A stretch of DNA of 64,000 nucleotides, from positions 62,001 through 126,000 of the forward strand of contig PDIP01000026.1 in NCBI GenBank assembly GCA_002811645.1. Direction: 5' to 3'. Of the stretch, positions 11,402 to 25,955 are shown one piece after another (within the stretch, counting starts at the first letter, position 1; each line of letters begins with the position of its first letter). Under the pieces are notes generated by a model. That model was not told the origin of the DNA. It worked only from the letters and a program-made list of their open reading frames with translations, and ran no database searches. A program made the translations under genes and the position numbers. The stretch comes from Corallochytrium limacisporum Hawaii (Eukaryota; Protista; Pluriformea).

Positions 11402-14400
11402 GGTTTGGAGGAGGGGAATGCCATCGGAGCCATCCCAAACGCAACTTTGGCAGAAGAGAGAGAGATAACTAAAGGGAGAGGAGAATGGCGAGCAGCAAGA
11501 ACACAGAACGAGGGAGACAGAACACGGGACCTTGCGTTAACAGCGTGACCCACGGGCCTGGTGAAGGATGTCCACACACTCTCTTGTCTTTTTTTGTTGC
11601 ATGGGAGGAAGAATGAAATTGAGGGAGGAAAAATTCGTTGGAGATCCTTCAACCGCGAAACCAAACATGACCAAGGAAATCAAACAGCGATACGGAAACC
11701 AGAGAGCCAGAGAGGAAATAAAATTCCACAGGGGCACTGGCTCAGCTCCTTCTTCACACCTAAACCTTGAGGACATTCCTCAGGACGCGTAATGGCACAT
11801 GTAATCCAATCTACCGAAGCAAAGGAGCGGAGTAGAGCGGAATGAGGGCAACGAAATGAGAAGGTTTGGGCCAACCAATTAGCACAGGAGGAAGAACAAC
11901 TCAGAGTTGCGGTAAAAAATAGAGTCACTCTATTCCATTGTATGCTACTGAGACAGTTTCTTTTCTTTTTTTTCTTATGGTCCCTGACCTCTCTCCCCCT
12001 CCTTCCTCTCCCTCCATCCTCCGCGTCACTGTAGGCCCCGTCTGCCTACCCACTACACTGCGACTGACTTTGTCCCCTGTCCCCCCCCCCCGGGGAGGGA
12101 CCCTCCCACCCGGCACCTGGCCTCCTCCCCACAACAAAAAAAAATGAAGAAAGAAAAAAATAAAGAAACCAACGCATTTCTCCGGGTGGTCGAACTAATT
12201 CTGTATCGATCAGTTTCTTTTCCATTTTCTTCTTGTTCAATCCTCTCTCTCTCTCTCTCCTTCTCTCGTTCTCTCGTTCTCCTGGCTACTCCGTTGTTGT
12301 TGGTGTGTCTGCCTTTGACAGGTACAGGAACCCAATTCATTTTTTTTCCTGCGTTGTTCTTGTCCGGGGTCCTGCCTTGCATTTAATATTGAAGACCTCA
12401 CACACGCGCGCACACACCCGCACCCTCGGTTTCCGGGTTTTTCTTTCTCTCTCCCAACCACGGGACCCACAACACACACAGAGCTCCCAGAGAAAACAAA
12501 AGCCCCTCCCTTTTCCCCGGAGGGTGGTCAACCGGTCCCCTTGTTTCTCTCCCACTCCCCTCCCCTTCTCCTCTCCCGCGAATGTTTTTTCCCAGCTTAA
12601 AAAAACCACCTTGCGTTTCTCTCTTTATTTCGGGCTTTTTCTTTCTTTCTTTTTTTTTTATATTTTCATCCCCCCCCCTGGTATACCTACAGATTCTCCG
12701 CACTCTCCTCTCCTCCTCCCTCCTCCACTCCTCCCCCCACTCACTCTTCTTCTCTCTCCTCTGTCCTCTCTTCCCCCNNNNNNNNNNNNNNNNNNNNNNN
12801 NNNNNNNNNNNNNNNNNNNNNNNNNNNNNNNNNNNNNNNNNNNNNNNNNNNNNNNNNNNNNNNNNNNNNNNNNNNNNNNNNNNNNNNNNNNNNNNNNNNN
12901 NNNNNNNNNNNNNNNNNNNNNNNNNNNNNNNNNNNNNNNNNNNNNNNNNNNNNNNNNNNNNNNNNNNNNNNNNNNNNNNNNNNNNNNNNNNNNNNNNNNN
13001 NNNNNNNNNNNNNNNNNNNNNNNNNNNNNNNNNNNNNNNNNNNNNNNNNNNNNNNNNNNNNNNNNNNNNNNNNNNNNNNNNNNNNNNNNNNNNNNNNNNN
13101 NNNNNNNNNNNNNNNNCCCCAACCCACGGGGGGACGGCGCATTCCACAGACCCCACCCGTTTTCCATAATTGTAGATTAACGCCACCTAGTCGTGGGTTT
13201 TTTTTTGTGATTATACACTCTCATTGCAGGTTTCGCCCGCCTGGACGGACGAAACGGACGGATGTGTGCAAATTAGTCTAACCCCTCTTCTTTGGTGCCC
13301 ACTACACCAAACTCATTGTTCTCCCATCTTTCCTCCTTCTCCCCCCCCCCTGCACCCCCTTCTTCACGAGAGAGGCCTGTGCTGGTAGTGCCCTGCTCAG
13401 AACCCCGCTCTCGCGCTCTCTCGCTGCCCTTCGCTTACTGTCTCTTTTCGCCATCTTTTCCTCCTCGTATTCCCTCGCACCCAGAAAGCCCCCTTCGAAG
13501 GGAAAGGCTCTTCTTCTCCGAAGCCCGAACATCTTCCCCAACCCCATTGGTCACGTTTTGTGGTGGACGGAGGTTCGATCTCACTGAGCAACTCTGTCCA
13601 TGTCCGCGCCAGCGGCGCCCGCAGCAGGCTCCGTGCACTCGGCAACAACAGCGGAGCTCGTCGTAGTGTGCATCTTTGTGACTTCCTCAGCCTAAGTCAG
13701 CTCGATGCAGCATTCACCATGGCACGTGTGTGAATGCCCGACTGCTCAGAGAGCTCCTGTGCAGGAACATGATGGGAAATGGAGGACGCCAAGATGCCAT
13801 TGATGTGAACGACAGGCACACGCTGATGGAAAGTAAGGACAGAAGTGTTCGGCAATACTTTGGCTTGCAGTGCCACAGAAACATGCATACACCGCAAAAG
13901 TACAGAAGCGGAATTTGAAAAAAAGGATTACTCGGCTTTGTGACAAACCACTCCCTTTGGGTTGCCTTCGATCGATCTGGTTGTCGCAGTGTTTCATCGT
14001 TGTTGTGCGTACAACTTCTCGTTGCATATGTTCTTGGAATTCGCTGAGTGCGTCATTTCTGCTTATTCACCATAACTTGCTTTTCTTTGATTTTTTTTCT
14101 CTGTCTACTACGTTCATCTGGGTTTCGCAGTCTCTGAGATCTTCCACAACAGTTGATATCTTACACACATGGTGTATGTTTTTTGCTTGCAAGTGCTGCG
14201 CACGGTCTTCGAGACTCGTGTGGTCGCGGCCCCTGTTTTTCGTTTGGTGGTTCCTATTCTCCGGATTTGATCTCCTCATTCATTGTGTTCCACCAAGAAT
14301 CTCCAGGACCAGGTAAGGAAAACCGACAGATAAAGACCCAAGAACATGAAACAAAAACAAACAAGGGAAAACTATTCTCTGTTTACGTGTATGCGTACGT

Positions 14401-16996
14401 GTCGGTGTGCGTGTGTGTAGAAAATATTTTGTGTGTACGTGTGCGTGAGGACGTTGGGAGTTGCCACTTCGGCAACAGCACAGGCCAGCTCTTGGTTTCT
14501 TCCTCGCTTTTCATTTGTCCGCGACTTCGTCATGGGTAAGCCCACAAGCAGGGCCAAAAAACCATCCGTGAACCATGCCCCGGTGCGCGCATCGTGAACT
14601 GAATCCGGGAAGTTTTAATTCCGGTACTGTCCACCCGAGCGTATGATGGCGGACAGGCTGAAAATGATAGGGTACCTCAAAGTTCACAGGGAGTTCTCAC
14701 AGAAATGTTCATCTTATTTAGAATTCCATGGGATGCTTTTTTTGGGGTAGTTGTCCATGGAAATTCTTTGTTCCTAGGACATATCTTGTTCCTGGTCGCC
14801 AGTGTTACATCTCAAGCATTCCCTTAGATTTGGTTCTGCCGCGGCCGTTCGTCAGCTTTAGGGATTCGGGGCAGACTCCTAACCGAGGCAGTGTGGGCCC
14901 CCTTCCATCCCCCTAATCATCGTCAAACCAGCGGTTTATATTTTTAGATATGCCGCAGTTCTCCGTTATTTCCGATTCCATCGTTCCTGGGTGTCGTAAA
15001 TGGTGGTGTGGGGAAATGCACCGGAAAGTGTAGAGATAGTAAACTTTTTCTGTTCAACACCCGCCTGTGTGTGTGTGTGTGTGTGTGTGTGTTTCTTTTT
15101 TCAAATTCCTTCAGAAATTTTGTTTGATTGTTCTTCGAGACACTGGACATGGAAAATTGTATGTTTGGTACGTGCCTACGAAAAGCGTGTTTTTGTTCAC
15201 GCATGCATCTTCTTTAATTTCGGTTTCCTTTTTTTCTTTTTTTGGTGGCCTTCCGTGTCCGTCAATTTTCTCTTCCCCATTTTCATTACCTTAATATTGT
15301 TGCTGCTAAATATTGATGAGCTGCTGCGGTTGGGCCCCTTGAGGGTTCTTAGTTGTGCACTGGCTTTGCAGTTTTTATACGGATGTCCTATCTCTGTCCC
15401 GGGTCAATTCATCCGCTGTCGGTTGTTTTGATATACGTATACAGCACATATGCGTGATGTTGCGGACGCGGTCAGCCAACGCGTCCTTATGGTCCCGTGA
15501 ATACGAGTGCAACCAGTATCTGCGCCCCAAATCTCTTAACTAAAGATTGCGTTTGTTTTTTCGAAATAGTTCAGATAGGTATGTCGCCTGCCATAGCTAT
15601 CTTGTAAAACTATCCACAAATATCCCACCATGCTGGGATCAATATGAATGAAAAACAAAAGAGACAATCACGGACAGAGAGATAGACTGGGGAGGGGAAG
15701 GAGAGGCATGACCATCATGATGTCCACGCCACCAAAGGCGTACCGCTATTTTATCTAATGATGAGCAGAAAGGAGTGCCACAGACAAGGTGCAAATAAGA
15801 AACAAGTTCCATCAATTGCAACCCTACCAAGATTTGCACAGCGCTCCACGCTGGCGCACGCGGCGTATGACTCAGAAGTTTGTGGATTTGCAACAATTTG
15901 TGTGCTGACGAAGACATGATGGCTTGCTATACCCAAAACCCAAGCAAGTATGGTCCAAACAACACCAATCCTTTTAAAGAATAAGATTCTTGACGCCTAA
16001 ACGCATCATTGTTTCGTCATGCGCTGAGGAATAGGACGGTTCAGATTCTTGACCGTTCTGTGATTCTTGTCTACTGATGACATACCACGTCCCCGAAACA
16101 TACAAAGATCAGAGCATCCAACCCGGTTCATGTTGCATAGAAGATGACGTTCATAGGTTTTGAGACATCCAAGCCTTCGAGGTGAGGATGTTCCCTCTTC
16201 TATATCTTGACCACAGGGGCCTGGGGCGCGGTACACAATTTTTGGATGGCTCATCCACATCTGCTTTCATTTCTTGACCGACGAGAATCCAATTCCACAA
16301 GACAAGCGACGTCCAAACGGGGACAGCAACGTCAAGGAAGCCAGTGGTTGGTTTCATACTGTTCTTCCTTTTTTGCGAAGGTTTTATACCCATCGTTATT
16401 TCACATATGAATAGATTTCCTCTTAACCACCACCACCACCACCACCCAATAGGCCCATCAACTGGTTCAGGTGTGCACTTTATCGCAAACTTGGCAGGGA
16501 CGTGTTCCACATTGTCGTCGCAATGCTTTAGTTCGCTCATTCTATTTGTACATAACAGGTGCTACCAAATGACATTTAGTAATGGATAAAACAGCCAAGC
16601 CACCGCTTCACTCTCAGTTGCCCTTTCTGTTCGCGCTCCGCTCACGGAGCATTCTTTCTTCGGTCTTTTTGCGTTCTGCTGGTGAGATCTTTTTGGGGTC
16701 TGTTAGGTTCTAGTGATAGGCAGTGTGGCTCCCGTGGACATCCCCAAACGCAAATGTCCTATCACCACCCAATCCAACCAAGTGAAGCCATAAGTCATCA
16801 TGTTTTTAATATCAGTTTTTACCAGTGAGCATGCAATCGATTCCCGCAACCTGGGCCCATAAATGATCCATGTTCCGAGAGTGTCCAGAGGAACGGTTGC
16901 TATTTCGTTGGACGTTTCTTTAGTGTCACAACACATAGAATATACAGGGAAGCAAATGAGAGAGTGAGTGAGTGAGCGGGAGCGGGAGCGGGAGGG

Positions 16997-17070
<74 letters not shown>
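16997..17070. repeat. (AGAC)n tetranucleotide microsatellite, about 18 copies
   Basis: Directly visible. Confidence 0.97.
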
Positions 17071-17071
<1 letters not shown>

Positions 17072-20000
17072 GTGTTAGAGGGGGGGTCCGTGCTAGTGAT
17101 GCACGAGGTAACTAAGTTTTTTATTGTTTTCCCAGCAACCTCGAATTTGAACCGTAGCATTTTTTAGTATCTGCAGTACAAGTCCAGGAATGTAAAATGC
17201 GCAGATCTTGCTCTCAATAGCGGAAGGCTCCCCCGGAGCCCACGCACCTCGTGGTGGCTGCGCAGGACAGTTCATATAAATATCATCAAGAACAGTGATT
17301 GCACGGAACGTATCACGAAAAACTGCAGATTGTTTGGGGATGGACCAAATGAATGGTGAATGTAGAATAGCCATATTCGCATCAAATGACGAAGAGGGAT
17401 GGGAACAGTCGCAGTGGGCAGCGTTCCCTGCCTAAGCCAGAATTTTTGTAATTCGAAACATTTCAGATTCTTTCCATAGGAATGTACGGAAACTCTCGCG
17501 GAATTGGGGCGCTTGAAATATTCACCGATGTTTTCTTTCTGTGTTCCTCATATAATATTGAACAGGGAAAAATTTGGGAGAAGGTAGAAAGCCCTAAGAA
17601 TACTTCATCAATCGGCAGTTTGGAACATATGGTCATCTCGTGCCGATTCCGTTTTGCTCTGGGCGAGAGAGTGGAGAGGACACAGTGATTTCGTTCGATT
17701 CCGACCTTTTGATGGCCAGTGCCGCCTTTAATTTCCACGAGATCACGATGGGCTTCACAGTTGTCCTCGGACTCTACCAAATGGATCGCCCCCCTGAGTG
17801 CACTGTTGATGTCGGCATCAGTCATCATGTAAAGCTGCAGCGCCACCACAGGTCTGTTCAGGGCAGGATGTTCTTCGTGAAATGGAACGATCTGCGAGCC
17901 GCAACAACGTCAAGCAAGCTCAAAATGAACCCTCACACGAGGCCCTGGTAGCTGCTCTATCCGCGACCGATAGCGGGAGGAGAAGAATCGTTTTCTTTGA
18001 AGCATTCGTTTGAAATGCCCGCTTTCGGAGTTCAGACGAAAAAGCAAACCTCCTCTGACTGTGCAAATTAAGCAGCAAGCGGGCGTACGACTAGTCCTCA
18101 AAATATATCGATAAGCAATATGATCTTACAAGCACAGGTAGCTACCTGTGAAAAGAAAGCCAGCGAAGAATATTGGTCGTAGTCATCAATTGGTTGGGTG
18201 GGCATGGTTGGTAGAGTTTGCAACGATTTCATCAATGGCTCTGTTAACATGGGAATGCAAAGACAGCAATATTTCCAGCATGCCTGTTTCGAGATATCGA
18301 GCTCTGCAACGTCCTAGAAGATGGCAACAGATATCCCGACATGCGTTGAAACTGCGTCGGTGACCGTTTGCTGCTGTGCAATTGCTCACCGGTAACAGTA
18401 TGCGAGTATAGCGAGGAACCATCGGGTGTTCTTAAGTGGGTCGCCAGGCTCCCTGGAAGCCTTGGTCGGTGTAGGGAAACATGCACGCGTCGTGCTGGGC
18501 GAGTCCTCCGCTGCGATTACACGATGTTTTCTGGATCTAGGTTGCACTAATCCCGCAAACTGCATGACGACTGTGTTCGGTACTTTTTGTACTGGTAGAC
18601 GGTCGTAGGCAACGAGAAGGCAGGAGAAAGGGCACATGTTAGTTCATGCGTCCGCATATTTCAGTAAGAACAAGGTATGTGGTACCCCCGTAGAAGCCCA
18701 CGCGATCAGATGTGTGCTTATATAGGTCGATAACAAGAAGTAAACTGAGAGAAAGCGCTGAAATGATCGGACACGGAATGATTTTTGATCGGGCGGGCTG
18801 TAGAAACTGATGAGCAAACCCGGCGTCACTCTGTTCTTTGGCGAACCCAAAAATATAAAACCTCCGCCACAAAGCATACACTTTCCGCAGCGCTCGTCAC
18901 TGTATCTCAACATTCTGCTACCAGAAAGGGCTCAGCAGTCTCGTTGTCGCCGTTGTGATTCCGTGTTGCTGCCTACGCGACTTGAGCATGGTTTCCGTTG
19001 TCATTTTTGTGTTGTCTTTGCCGTGGAGAACGAGGTAGCAAACTTTGTGTCCTCACAATCAACAGAACTGAAACACGGTCACTGATTAAGCGTTCTCCAC
19101 CTACATTGATAACAAAAATCAAAGTCAAGAGCATCATCAATCTGCTTCGTCTCCACGCCGCGGGACGAAAAGTTCACAACTTGGTGTCTGTGTGCACTTA
19201 CGGCCATACATGAGAATGTGGTGGCATTAAAACAACACCTAAACACCTAAACACCTAGCGGGGATCTCTTGGAAAGTTTGTCAGCGACCCAAGACGCGCG
19301 CTAAAAAAAGCCAGCAGGCTCGCCACTACACATCATTGTTTGAGGTTGCTTCCCATTCTGGATCTGGCTGTCGTTTCTGGCTTTCTCGTCCCAGCATTTT
19401 ATCGATGTGAAAGTACACTGACAGTGTTGACCACTTACCTCGGAAGAGTGTAGGAGTAGGATGTAAACGTAGAGTAAACACAAACACGAGAATGGCGATT
19501 GTAATGTCCACAAGGGAACTTTTATCTTGTTGTCAGTTGTGTACCCTAGTGTGGTTTTTGTTGTGATCAAAGGATGCCCCGGGTTCCACCCAGGAAAGAG
19601 AGTCGCCACCAAGGTTGGACACTATCCAATGCCTAAGGAAGCAAGCTAGGAACGAAGTGAAGAGGGGACCCCAGCATGCCTGTATCATGGTATATGATAA
19701 GACCTTTACAGACTGTCGAGTGTACACATCCTAGAAGGCACGGTCGAAACTCGAGAATCAGCGCCTGAGGCTTTGTCAGTGCCACCCACAGGCCAAGACG
19801 GACCGCGCCCCAATCAGATCCACCGCGCCACCTCTTGAAACTGTCCATGCTTGGCCAATCTTTCGGAACCATCAATACGATAGCAAGGGTCCCCTTAGAA
19901 CCACAGGGGTTACACCCCACCTTTGGGCGATGATTAAACAAATATATACGCCGGTGCCGGCTGCCCGCCACTATCATATTCTCCTCCAGCATACCTCTGA

Positions 20001-21176
20001 ACCACCTATCGTTCCTCGTTTCCTCTTTCTCTCTCTCCCTCTCTCTCTGTCCCTGTCTCGGTCTCGGCTTCTCTCTCCCTGTCTCTCTCTGTCTCTCTCC
20101 CTGTTTTGGCGGGGTTGAGGTTTTTCTTTGGGTTTTTTTGTTGGCTGTTTTCGTGTCAGTGAAGCAAGGTTTTGGCCAGTTGTTCAGTTGTACAAACGAA
20201 CTTATGCAGAAGAGAAGAAAGAATCGTAACCAGAACGACACATCGTTGGGCCGCTGCCACATAATTTGATCGCCTTGCCTTTTTGTATGTGTGTGTGTGC
20301 GCGCGTGTGTGTGTGAGCAGTTGGTTGTGCAAGAAACACACACGATCGTCATTCCACACACATACACACACACACTCACACTCACCTTCACAGAAACACA
20401 TCCTTGGAAAAATTCCTTGAGGGTGTGTTGCTGACCCAACACGAAAAACCCACAGAGGGTCTGTCCCTTGGGATGAGAAGAATGTAAAAACACGGCAAAT
20501 TAAAAAGAAAACAAACACACACTCACTACGAAAGGAGAGTACACGGAGGGAGGGGTGGGAGGATACTAAGCGGCCAACGACGAAAAAAAAAGTTTCTTGC
20601 CAAAACCACCAACAGCAAAGGAAGAAAAATAGCATCCCCGGGCGTTATGAAGCGCAAGGAAAAAAGGAGAGGATTTGTGTGTGGGGAGCGAGAAAGAAAG
20701 GTTAGGGGGAGAGGAAGGGGGGAAGGTGAGAGTATGAGAGGAAGGGAGTGGTCCTTCTCCACTCAATTCTTATTTCGTACCAAAAGGGCGCGTTCTCGGC
20801 CCCGCATCTTCCAGCTATCAGTGTTTTGCTAACTGCGCTGTGTGCCCATGTCCTTGTCATCACCAGACTTAGAAACTCTGCACAATGAATGTTGGAGATA
20901 GGCGATAGGGCTTGGAAGGCATGGTAGCAGGAAGAAGAGTCAAAGACCATGTGGTACAATGTACACCTATCTTTGGATGTCGGTGTTGGATGGCCATAGG
21001 AAGCTGGAGAGACGGACACGATTTTGCCTGCCGCAAACCACAACAGCCACAACGACCCAACCCCGGGATTCCCTTCCGCTACTCACACCTTGCCTTAGCG
21101 GGTGGCCTTCCTATCGATCTATCTCTAAGGGGGCCCGGAGTAGACCGAAATGATCCGGGCGGAATGTACATGGTGC

Positions 21177-21184
<8 letters not shown>

Positions 21185-21246
<62 letters not shown>
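21185..21246. repeat. (GT)n microsatellite
   Basis: Directly visible. Confidence 0.97.
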
Positions 21247-21247
<1 letters not shown>

Positions 21248-24200
21248 GGGGGTGGTGTTCTACGTCGGGGGTGGCTGTTCTCGCAAATGACTGGTCCAAA
21301 CTATGCGGTTGTGAGCATCGAGGCGCAGTGGCTGATTTGTACACCCCACCCGCCAGAGGGGATTTTCCGGATAAATAATGTCTGTTTGTACTCTGTGATT
21401 GGCAGTTCGGGATTCATCCCTGTGGCCAACGGTGAATTCCTTTCATCGACGTGTTTTTAGCAAAGCACAGGATCTTCAAGATGTCAGTCCGGTCCGACCA
21501 AGGAACAAACGGAGAGAGGAGAGAATGTTTTGTTCAGCGCCACAGGAGATCACTATGCAGTGCTCCAGGAATTACACGCTGGTGGTGGTCGTACGGTGAA
21601 GCTGAAACGCGACCCTGAGCTGGTAGGGTACTGTGAAATACGTGTGCAAACCATTCTCAGAATTTTCGTTGCCAATACAAATGAAATTCGCCGAGAAGAA
21701 CAATGAATCTTTAGTGCGGCACTGAATATCTCCGGTGGGGCCCTGCATCTTCGTTGCATATGGACATCCAGATGAAGCGTGTCGAGCGGTGGAATGATCT
21801 AGCACCGGGCCTGCGGTTCATGGTCGGGTCTTCTTTCGATACTTTACTGTGGCAAAACGTGTGTGCACCGGCTCGCTGAGTCCGGCTTTTAAAAGATTCA
21901 GGAGATCTAAAACTTTCCGAGAGGTCCCTTACCGCCAACATTTCAGTTCCAAATACTTCCATCTTCGGGAACGTCGAGATTAATAATTTGTGTGTCCCAC
22001 ATCGTTCCAGATATGATTGTTTGATACCCCAAGCCATCATCACCATCATCATGGTCCAAGATGTAACGAACTGCTCCACTGTGTTTCAAAAGTGAACGAT
22101 CACTAATGAGGGCGCGGCACCCCTCGTCCCCTCTCCCCCCTTCCCAAGGGCCAACCGTGGAGGAGGATCATAAGGGATCTCGTCGGGTTCTTCACTCCTC
22201 CTTGACTGTGTGTACCTTGATTCTGGCTGTCTGTTGCGTACGTTGATCAAAGGGTATTTTCTTCCGGCATATGTGATGGCGAAAAGCTGCCCACTCGATG
22301 CATTGAGAACCGCAGAATGTTCGGCTGAAGGGTTATGTGACGTAGAGGTTTTGCTCGCATCGGAACATTGCATAGCTGGCATACAAAGAAGCAAATTTCT
22401 GCTTGGACCACATTCAAGACGAATGTTTGGTAACATTTCATCATGAAGAAGAAGGAAGGATTCAGATACCTGGCTGTTTTTTTTGCTTGATTCCTGAAAG
22501 TCACGGACCTTACTTGGATTGCATACTTCTGAGAGCCTCATCGGCAATGGTCCCGTTTACTGTTGTTTGAAAGGTGTTGAAATTTCTCATATCGTATCCC
22601 ACCGCCTGACCATCAGTGCTAACTATCTTTCAAACTGTTGGCCAAACTAGGACTATGTTATATGTGGTCACCCGCCACAGGTTGTGCACAGAGACTGCTG
22701 TGGTGATAACTAGTCACGGGTTTCCAGGAACCAACCCCCGAAACACCACAAAAGTGCAACAGTGAAACGGATAGTTAGGAAACAACAGGTAACAACGCGA
22801 CGACAATACCTGATGAGGGAGGGGTGGACGCGTTGTAGTTACAGTCGTTATCAATCGGTTAATTTCTGTTTCAGTGGTGGCGGTGTGTGAAGTGCAGGGG
22901 GTGTGCGAGTATGAAAGGACCTGACATTTGGGTAACAGCATCCAAAAGCAAAGACTCCCCTGTTCAGAACGAACGCTGATTGATTCGGAAACCATGGTCA
23001 GGCGGAGACTCATCCAACGACGCCCTTGAAGAAGCTGATCGTTGACGAAAACTAAACAATGTTGACATTCCATTCCAGTTTCACACCATGCAAGCTGTTA
23101 TCGTATTGCTTGAGCATAATTGCAAAATGTTGACCCCGTGTTTGTTTGACCTGATGGGACTAGTGTAAATGCCGAAAGACCCTTGTGGCCGGAAGACGAG
23201 AAATCAAAAAAACACCTGCCTGTCAATGATTGAAAGAAAGGAAGCCCGATAAAGAAAAGGAAGATCTCCAATCTTCAACAGGGTTACCTGTGTTGCGCAC
23301 AGTGCGCACTTGGCCATGGACAAACATAATAGAATTCAAATCGGCGCTCGGCCTCCTGACAAGCGGCTGGTGATAGGGCGAGAGTTCATGTGATTTTGTG
23401 GGTTTTCACCGGAGGTTAGCCCCTTTGTTTGGATTTGCTTGGATAATGCTCAAAGTGGCTCATATGTCGCACATACCGACAGAATGCTATTGATTTCCGT
23501 GAATGAGGCATCATTGGGCATGCATTGAGGTTTTCCATATCTATATTAAAGGTTGGCATACAAACCGACAGGGTTGCAGGGGCTTAGCAAGTGGAAGTAC
23601 GCTGCTACGCAGGAGCGTCAATGGCTTCTTCATCCCTTTCGTCGCTCCGGGACCTGCGTACGAAACATGACGAGAGTGGTATAGAGCACATCCAACATCC
23701 AAAACAAAGACTACTGCGGAGACAGCAACACTGTCATCTCCGGCCTGCTTAACCTTAGCAGCGCGTGCTGACGGAGAACGAAATGTGTTGGGGAGGGTCG
23801 GCGAGAATGCCGTACTGCGAATCGTAATCCCTTCACAAATCAAACAGCCCAACAACTATGCCACTCGACTAGACCAAATTGCCATAGACACAAAAGACTG
23901 TTGGATCTGCAATTTCGAGAGAACAAAAGCGGGCCGACCGAAGCCACAGACACTGAGGCACAGAGACACCCCACCGTTGCAGCTCAGCCAGCATCACAAA
24001 CCCAGAGAACATCTGGGACAATCAGCATCCACCATCGCTATTGAGGACCCCAGAAAGAAAAGACAGGGATCACTGTACACGACATGGGGCTCGATGATGT
24101 CGAGGGCATACTCCACATTTCATATGAAACGTATCTGCCGTAATTCTGCGGCAGTATTGCCTTCGTCAGCATTACGTCTCACACATGGTGTCACTGAATA

Positions 24201-25895
24201 CCCACGTACAAAATTTTTGGATTATGAACGCACCACAATGCAGAAGTCAAAGAAGACCTCTGTGACAACGTGTCACGTTGTGTAGCTTCGTGTTCCTCTT
24301 CGGAGCGTCGCGTGATTTGCTGTACCTTCGTGTTTCTCTTCCGTACGTCGTGTGATTTTGGTGAGACTCTCCGCCCGCTTCTTTTGTCTCCTTGCTGCTC
24401 TGTCTACGCAAGGCAGTTAATTTCTCATAAGCAATAACCAACCAAAAATGTCTCGAAATTCCAGCGTTCATGCTTAAGGACGAAGACGTGTCGTCGTTGT
24501 TGCTGAGGAAGACAAGACCCGTCCAAAGACGAAGCCTACTTTAGATGTCTTTCTTGTGGGGGTTGTGGGCGGGTACGAGCAATTACTATTGCCGGGGGAG
24601 GCAATGTATGTCGCTTTTCATCCAGTTGGGCGTGTTTAGGGTTTTATACGAAGAAAAGTATCAGCAACTTTGGCTTTTTTTTATTTGTCGTTGTGGTTGT
24701 TGATTTTTCTTCTTTTTTTTTAAGAAACTCAAAAAATAAACTTCCCCAGTCTTTTAACCGCTGGTATCTTCTTTCTTTCTTTCTTTCTTCTTCTTTTCTT
24801 TTCGTTTGCCTGGACACAACTGAGATAGAGTCAAGCTTTCCAACCCACCACCGGCAAGGGCAATCTCGAGAGTGAATTTATATGGTCTGTTGGCCCTTCT
24901 TCTTTCTCTTCTTTGGACTTCGTGTTGCATTCCTTTTGGTTGTATATGGTTGTGCGGTCGATCGGGCAGCACCGTTAAAAGAAATATAGAAACATTGGAG
25001 CCATGTGTCCCCGGGTTTATCTCTATAACCAAATACAAGCACCGAAAACAGGATTAAAAAGAAAAGTCAAGGAAAATTGTTAAGTAATGAGATAGAAGAC
25101 AATAGAAAATATACCACGAGGCACCAAGACCTGGCTGGTTCCCGCCAGATGGCAATCAGCGAGTGGACCGGAGAGAGCCACACTGGGAGAGAAGTAAACA
25201 CACAAACAGAGAGGCACGGGGGGTCAACCCGACCCGCCAGCCACTCAGAGAGCGCCGCGAAGAACCGGACCTGGCACCGGCGGGGCAGGAATCACCCTGA
25301 GAAAAGACAAAAGGGACAAAAAGAGACAGGGACACGAAGTAAAGGGACCCAAAACTGAACAAAAACAAAGAAAATTATAAAAAGAGGGAGGGGGGAGTGA
25401 GATGAGAAAAAATGAAATTGTGCTGTATTATACCTCCCGGCTTTGAACTTCATCCGTATTTTTTGTATTTATTCTGTATCATTGGACTCTTTGTCAAGAA
25501 TTCCGCTAGAATGTTGTATTTAGTCAATGTCTCTGCTTCCTTTACTTTGGTCTCATATGTGTCACAGCTCATTTAATATTCCGAGTTTTTGTATGGTTCG
25601 GACTGCCATAGGCTTTTGCGGGTTTAGGTTTGTTCACACACAGAACCGGCTCTGTCAATTTGTGTTAAAGAGATAGGGAATATTTCATGGAACGTGAGCT
25701 CAATGCTCAAGCTTTCGAATGTTTGACGGTTTTTTTTGCCTAATGCTCTGCTGGGTTTTTACCGAAGCTAGGGACGAAGGAAGAGGGAGGGGGGGTTGGG
25801 GGACCGACTGTCCACAGTGCGTCATGCAAGTGAACAAGCCACCTACCCACGGGCCCGGAGTTTCTACATTACCCAGCATGCGTGCGTGCGTGCGG

Positions 25896-25896
<1 letters not shown>

Positions 25897-25952
<56 letters not shown>
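25897..25952. repeat. (GT)n microsatellite
   Basis: Directly visible. Confidence 0.97.

Positions 25953-25955
<3 letters not shown>

Noticed and set aside
19633-20493. 286-aa minus-strand ORF and similar ORFs through (GT)n, (GA)n and poly-T tracts
   Set aside because: Low-complexity translations of microsatellites with no domain motifs.
17463-24285. Mid-size ORFs in the gene-poor interval (17463-17849, 22086-22547, 23785-24285)
   Set aside because: Non-ATG starts, no recognisable motifs, and lengths compatible with chance.
24872-25057. Hydrophobic Cys-containing 61-aa ORF resembling a secreted peptide
   Set aside because: GTG start; hydrophobicity explained by a CT-rich tract; no ordered Cys pattern.
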